DNA of 64,000 bases from Planctomycetota bacterium (GTDB taxonomy: Bacteria > Planctomycetota > PLA2 > JAEUHO01), in the NCBI GenBank assembly GCA_965223505.1, contig CBDCWP010000026.1, forward strand, positions 64,001 through 128,000, in the 5' to 3' direction. Below, in pieces: positions 59,973 to 64,000 of this stretch. Both the position numbers and the translations under genes were made by a program. The stretch's first letter is position 1; every line of letters begins with the position of its first letter. A model generated the notes under the pieces. It made no database searches, had not been told where the DNA came from, and was given only the letters and a program-made list of their open reading frames with translations.

Positions 59973-60012
59973 GAGGTCGTGGCAGAAGAACAGCAAAGAA
60001 GTGGTCATAGTC
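59973..60012 (+). repeat. Orphan copy of the 40-bp downstream arm motif (no tRNA core)
   Basis: GAGGTCGTGGCAGAAGAACAGCAAAGAAGTGGTCATAGTC exact match. Confidence 0.92.
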
Positions 60013-60106
60013 ACTTGGCGGCGCGGGTCTCGGGTGCGCTCACGAGCGTCAAGCGCTACTCTCGTCGGTAGCTCCCCCTCGATGGGCGTGTCCTCAGGGC
60101 CTGGCC

Positions 60107-60550
60107 ATGACCGAGCTCATGATCATCCAAGACAGCCTCTGTCGTCCCACGGCGTTCTTCTGGAACGGTGCGATCGACGCAGCTCGCCTGCGAGCGTGGC
60201 TTCACCGCAACGGTCTAGAAGCCAAGTGCCCGAACGACCTTGTCCGACTGTGGCAAGTCACAGGCGGCGGAAACTTCTTCGAGTCGGAGACCATCCTTGG
60301 GCCGTACGGAGATGCCCAAATGGGGGACGACTTCTTGGGAGCGAACGAGCACCTGAGGGCTCGGGGGCTGCCGCCCCGGTTCCTGGCGTTCTCTACGGGA
60401 ATGTCCATCGGTGCCGTGGATGTTTCCACAGGTGAGTTCGTGGAGCTGGGCAATGAAGGACTTGACGTGCGCTGTCGCTACGTGTCGCTGGACCATTGGT
60501 ACTCAAGTACGGTCAGAGACGAACTCGGCGCGAGGTATGGCTTGGCCTGA
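60107..60550 (+). CDS. SMI1/KNR4 (SUKH)-like immunity protein
   Basis: P.DLV.LW..TGGG.F, ..SL..W pattern; typical size. Confidence 0.7.
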   Translation: MTELMIIQDSLCRPTAFFWNGAIDAARLRAWLHRNGLEAKCPNDLVRLWQVTGGGNFFESETILGPYGDAQMGDDFLGANEHLRARGLPPRFLAFSTGMSIGAVDVSTGEFVELGNEGLDVRCRYVSLDHWYSSTVRDELGARYGLA

Positions 60551-60823
60551 GCGTCCCCAGCGCCGCGACGACGGCGCGGGCCAGCGTCGCCGTCGTCAGG
60601 GCAACTGCGAAACTCCATCCGTTCACCGGCGTATGACTCCAATCGGCACAATGATGGATCATACTGGACCGAATCGCCGCCGCCCCTGCGGAAGTGCAGC
60701 GGGGGCCAATAGGGCGGAGTATGGCCCGGAGAGCACTCGGGTATGAGACGTCGCTTCCGTCTAAGCTAGCCGGCCGTCCGGGAAGAGCACTTCGATGCGG
60801 ATCGAACGGAAGTACGTCGGCGA

Positions 60824-61686
60824 GTGAGCACAGCTAGAGCACATCTTCAGCAGGCTACAGTCGTGTTCGCACTCGTGGCCGCTTGCGGCCTGCGAACACC
60901 CACGACAGTTCATGGGGAACCAACTCCGGCGGACTCCACACTTGATGTTCACATAGTCGGCGCGACAGATGCCGGCGACAAGTGGATGCGAGTTGTGGTT
61001 CGCGAGTTGATTCCGTCCTCAACGAGACGACATCACTCGATTGGACAACTGCTTTGGGTTGCTAGAGTCAAGTCTAAGGGTGGTAGAGCGCGGACTTCTC
61101 TTCCTCATAGCGCAGTTCGCGAGTTTCTGGCGGTCTCTGCGTCAACTTCGCAGTCCTGCGAGTACTGGAACGCCGCGGGCCCGCTGCAAGTGGACAAACC
61201 GAATGTGGTAAGGATCCCTGTAGAACTGACGCTGGCACGAACCGCCACTGGTAAAGTCCGTCACTCCAATGAGTGCCGCTGCGAGAAGTCAGTCGTCTGG
61301 TTTCGCAGAGCCAAAGCTCCCTGGGCACCACGCGGTTCAGCGGCCTCCGCGATGCGCCTTTTCCCACTTGATTTGGGCGGTGAGCCCAAAGCAGTAGTCT
61401 CCAGGCTGTGGGTATCCCGGTCTGTGCAGGTGCAGCCGTCTGGCCGATATGTACTTAGAGGGATCGAAGCCGGCGCTGACTACGATCTTGACGTGGTCTC
61501 CTCTACCTGTGGAGAGTCTCAGACCGTTACCTGGAAGGCCGAAGATGGAGAAAGGGCGCCCGAGCTTGTGGTTCAAGAGCCGGGCGACCTTGTCGTACGC
61601 ATCGATTGGCGCGTCGAGCAATCGAAGTCCCGCTATTCGCTCGATTTGGGACCCGCTCCCTTCAGACGCCGACGGTTCAGCGCGAC
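60824..61686 (+). pseudogene. Exported beta-rich protein, 3'-truncated by the dual-DDE element
   Basis: Frame runs into the element end at 61687 and stops inside it. Confidence 0.6.
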
Positions 61687-61694
61687 TGTGTCCC

Positions 61695-62801
61695 CTACGC
61701 GTTAGGCCGCCTCCGCCAAGCGGAAACTAGTGTTGATAAACGCCCTCTCCGGAACTGTAGATAGCCGTGCTTGCAGAGCGTTCTCTGCGTCGCGCTGCGG
61801 TCGATTGACGCGCGCTCGATGCACGTCGGCATTCTAGCGTTTCTTTCCTTGAATGTCTTGAGCGCGGCATCGGTCTCGATCTTCAGATCGTGCGCGAATG
61901 CCGTTCTCTCTTGCCTCGTGATGGGCCGGCGGTCTTCGAGGGCCTCCGCCGGCGTGGGCCCGGTCGCACCCCATGGCCTCGCCGTCGTATTCGCAACGAG
62001 CAAGGCGTCGTCGAGGTTTTGAGGTAGCCAGATGCGGGGATGTCCTTCCATCTGCGCGATGTGCTGTACACGTCGCTTGAAGTTCCCGCCGCTGCGCTCG
62101 CACGCGCCGTTGTAGGCGGGCGTGTACGGCGGCGACGTGAGTGGCGTGATGCCGTGCTCCTCGAGCAACGCGGCCGTCTGTTCCGAGCGAAATGCGCCGG
62201 CGTTGTCCTTCTTCAGAATGAGCGGCGCTCCGAACAGCGTGATCAATGCGAGCAGCGCCGCGCACACAGTCTTCGTCTTCTCGCCCCGGCAGGCTACGGC
62301 CGCCAGCTGCGCTCCGCTTCCGAGATCGCGAACCAGGAACAGTCGATCCTTGCCCTGCCACAGGCCAGCCTTGGGCCTGGTGAAGTCCGCCGCCCACACC
62401 GCCCCGGCACGAACCCACTTTAGCCGCCTCCGATACCAGCGCCATCGACGCAGCGCCACCCGTAGCAGGCGCCTCTTCATCTCTGAGAGCACTCGATACG
62501 GCACGTCGCTGAACATTCCCCGAAGTACGGTCACACCCGAGAACGGCCCGAGCTCGAACATCGCACGCAGCACCTTCTGCCGCTTCGCTCGTGGTACGTC
62601 ATCGGCCTTGCGGCCACGCTTCTCGTACACCGGCTTGCCCTGGCGAACGCGAAGCTCCCACCGCCTGATCGTTCGCTCGGCCACGCCAAGGACTCGCGCC
62701 AGGTAGGCGCGTGTTTCCTTGTCCCAGCCACTTCGCCGCATCACCTCCACGGCCTGAAGCCGGAACTTCACCTGCTCCTCGTACGACATCCTCTCGCTCA
62801 T
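61695..62801 (-). CDS. Second DDE transposase (ORF4 copy)
   Basis: Near-identical to 48070-49176. Confidence 0.88.
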   Translation of the reverse strand: MSERMSYEEQVKFRLQAVEVMRRSGWDKETRAYLARVLGVAERTIRRWELRVRQGKPVYEKRGRKADDVPRAKRQKVLRAMFELGPFSGVTVLRGMFSDVPYRVLSEMKRRLLRVALRRWRWYRRRLKWVRAGAVWAADFTRPKAGLWQGKDRLFLVRDLGSGAQLAAVACRGEKTKTVCAALLALITLFGAPLILKKDNAGAFRSEQTAALLEEHGITPLTSPPYTPAYNGACERSGGNFKRRVQHIAQMEGHPRIWLPQNLDDALLVANTTARPWGATGPTPAEALEDRRPITRQERTAFAHDLKIETDAALKTFKERNARMPTCIERASIDRSATQRTLCKHGYLQFRRGRLSTLVSAWRRRPNA

Positions 62802-63193
62802 CCCTGCCTCCATCCTCCCTGGTGCGCCACATGCAGCGCGTGCCGAACCCGCGGCGCCTCGCCAAGCCCGCAATCGAAGATGTCCACCTGCGTTCGCACC
62901 ACGCGCACTCGGTGCCGTAGCTTCGACACCTCGCGCTCAAGCTCATGATCGTCGTCAGGCAGCACGGCGCGCGGCCGGCCACAAGCGCCGCCTTCAAGCG
63001 CCTCAACGCCGGCCTGCAAGAACCTACGTCGAAGATCCTGGAAGCGCGTTCGGCCGATGCCCAAACGCTCGCACGCATCGCCAACGCTCCACTGCCGGCC
63101 AAGCGTGAGCAGAATCACCTTCACGCGCTCACGCGCCGTCTCGCTCGCCGACGTGCGCGCCACCAGCGTCGGCATCTCGCTTCGCCGTCCCAT
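62798..63193 (-). CDS. HTH accessory protein (ORF3 copy)
   Basis: Near-identical to 47678-48073. Confidence 0.75.
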   Translation of the reverse strand: MGRRSEMPTLVARTSASETARERVKVILLTLGRQWSVGDACERLGIGRTRFQDLRRRFLQAGVEALEGGACGRPRAVLPDDDHELEREVSKLRHRVRVVRTQVDIFDCGLGEAPRVRHALHVAHQGGWRQG

Positions 63194-63635
63194 CGCCGTT
63201 TCCTTTCTCTTCAAGGCCCGTGCGCAGCGTCTTCAGCACCGTCTTGCCGCGGTGGCCGCGCTTGGCGCTGCGGCCCTTCTTCGAGGATGCCTGCTTGCGC
63301 CCGCCGCGCGCCAGCCCCAGGCTTCGATTGGCCGCACGAAGCAGGGACTGGTGCCGCCGAAGCTCCTTCTCCAGGTGCTGTTTCTCGGCCTTCAGCGCCA
63401 ATATCTCGCGCTGCGGCGTCTTCTGGATGCCGCGCTTCTTCGGCTCCATCGCCCGCAGCATGCCCTTCAAAGCACGGCCTTCGAGCTGGTAGTAGCGCGA
63501 GAGCGACACGCCCATCTGCTCAGCCGCCTCGCTCGTGCCGATCTCGCCTGAGAGCGCTTCCAATATCACTGCCACGTGCTTGCGCGACGTCTTGCTCGCC
63601 GTGATCGTCGTCACGTTCTTCTTCTTCGTAGGCAT
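63129..63635 (-). CDS. HTH accessory protein (ORF2 copy)
   Basis: Identical translation to 47236-47742. Confidence 0.8.
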   Translation of the reverse strand: MPTKKKNVTTITASKTSRKHVAVILEALSGEIGTSEAAEQMGVSLSRYYQLEGRALKGMLRAMEPKKRGIQKTPQREILALKAEKQHLEKELRRHQSLLRAANRSLGLARGGRKQASSKKGRSAKRGHRGKTVLKTLRTGLEEKGNGDGTAKRDADAGGAHVGERDGA

Positions 63636-64000
63636 TACTCCTGCTCCTTCGTGGGCGCCTCGTCAAGGGCCTTGAGCTCCTCGAGCACGTCGTCGAGCAC
63701 GCTCTCGCCCGGCCCCTCCTTGGCCGCATCCTTGCGCTTGCCCGATGCCCGCAAGTCGACCTCTTCGCGAACGCCGTCCTTGTCCGTCAACAGCACCTTG
63801 TCGCCCTCGGCGTGAAGCGACACCGGCTCGTCGCCGATTCGACCCGCCAGGTACAAGGGCTTGCGCGGCTCACCGTGAAGCGCCAACTCCTTGGCGTTCG
63901 TTGCAACCGCCTCCTGCAGGGCGCTGCGCACGCTCTGCGAGGCTTCGAAGAATCGGTCCGCTGGAACCAGGCCGCCAATGCCCTGGTGGGTGCGCTGGAA
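63635..64000 (-). CDS. DDE transposase ORF1 copy (C-terminal part; 5' beyond window)
   Basis: Matches the C-terminus of 45875-47236. Confidence 0.85.
   Translation of the reverse strand, partial: FQRTHQGIGGLVPADRFFEASQSVRSALQEAVATNAKELALHGEPRKPLYLAGRIGDEPVSLHAEGDKVLLTDKDGVREEVDLRASGKRKDAAKEGPGESVLDDVLEELKALDEAPTKEQE

Larger units (their letters stand above)
61687..64000 (-). mobile_element. Third copy of the dual-DDE element (inverted, runs off window)
   Basis: Reverse complement of about 46871-49184 with scattered substitutions. Confidence 0.93.

Noticed and set aside
45771..61686. Inversion between transposon copies 1 and 3 (flanks GTCGT versus GTCGC)
   Set aside because: Match is only 4 of 5, and the internal att cores remain co-oriented with the tRNA
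32418..64000. Intact prophage or classical integron
   Set aside because: No structural or packaging genes; I recognised no attC hairpins or IntI-specific features

Overview
High-GC bacterial chromosome segment; the gene content is suggestive of Planctomycetota/PVC, which is an inference. About 1-32.3 kb is core-like: ECF sigma/anti-sigma, hybrid histidine kinase, kynA, moaA, long greA, tRNA-Arg, pseudouridine synthase, rsmD, pdxJ, dapA, hsp20-clpB, a multi-PASTA protein, an S8 protease preceded by a free-standing copy of its own prodomain, and ugd. It also has GTAG-type REP clusters, one hit by an IS481-family element. From tRNA-Asp (32339-32417) to the window end lies a compound accessory island. 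The 3' 52 bp of the tRNA recur exactly at 53344 and 58120 with conserved flanking arms, which suggests a tandem array of sibling integrated elements. Element 1 has a satellite-like core (tyrosine integrase, prim-pol/helicase, xis, ParB-MTase) and toxin/defence cargo. That cargo includes an unusual HEPN + degron-tailed partner + SecB triad, a candidate new toxin-antitoxin-chaperone system. A 3.4-kb TGT...ACA element with two different intact DDE proteins and two small HTH-like proteins occurs three times, and each right end abuts a truncated Rhs-like or secreted gene. All family calls come from motif recognition by eye; no searches were run.
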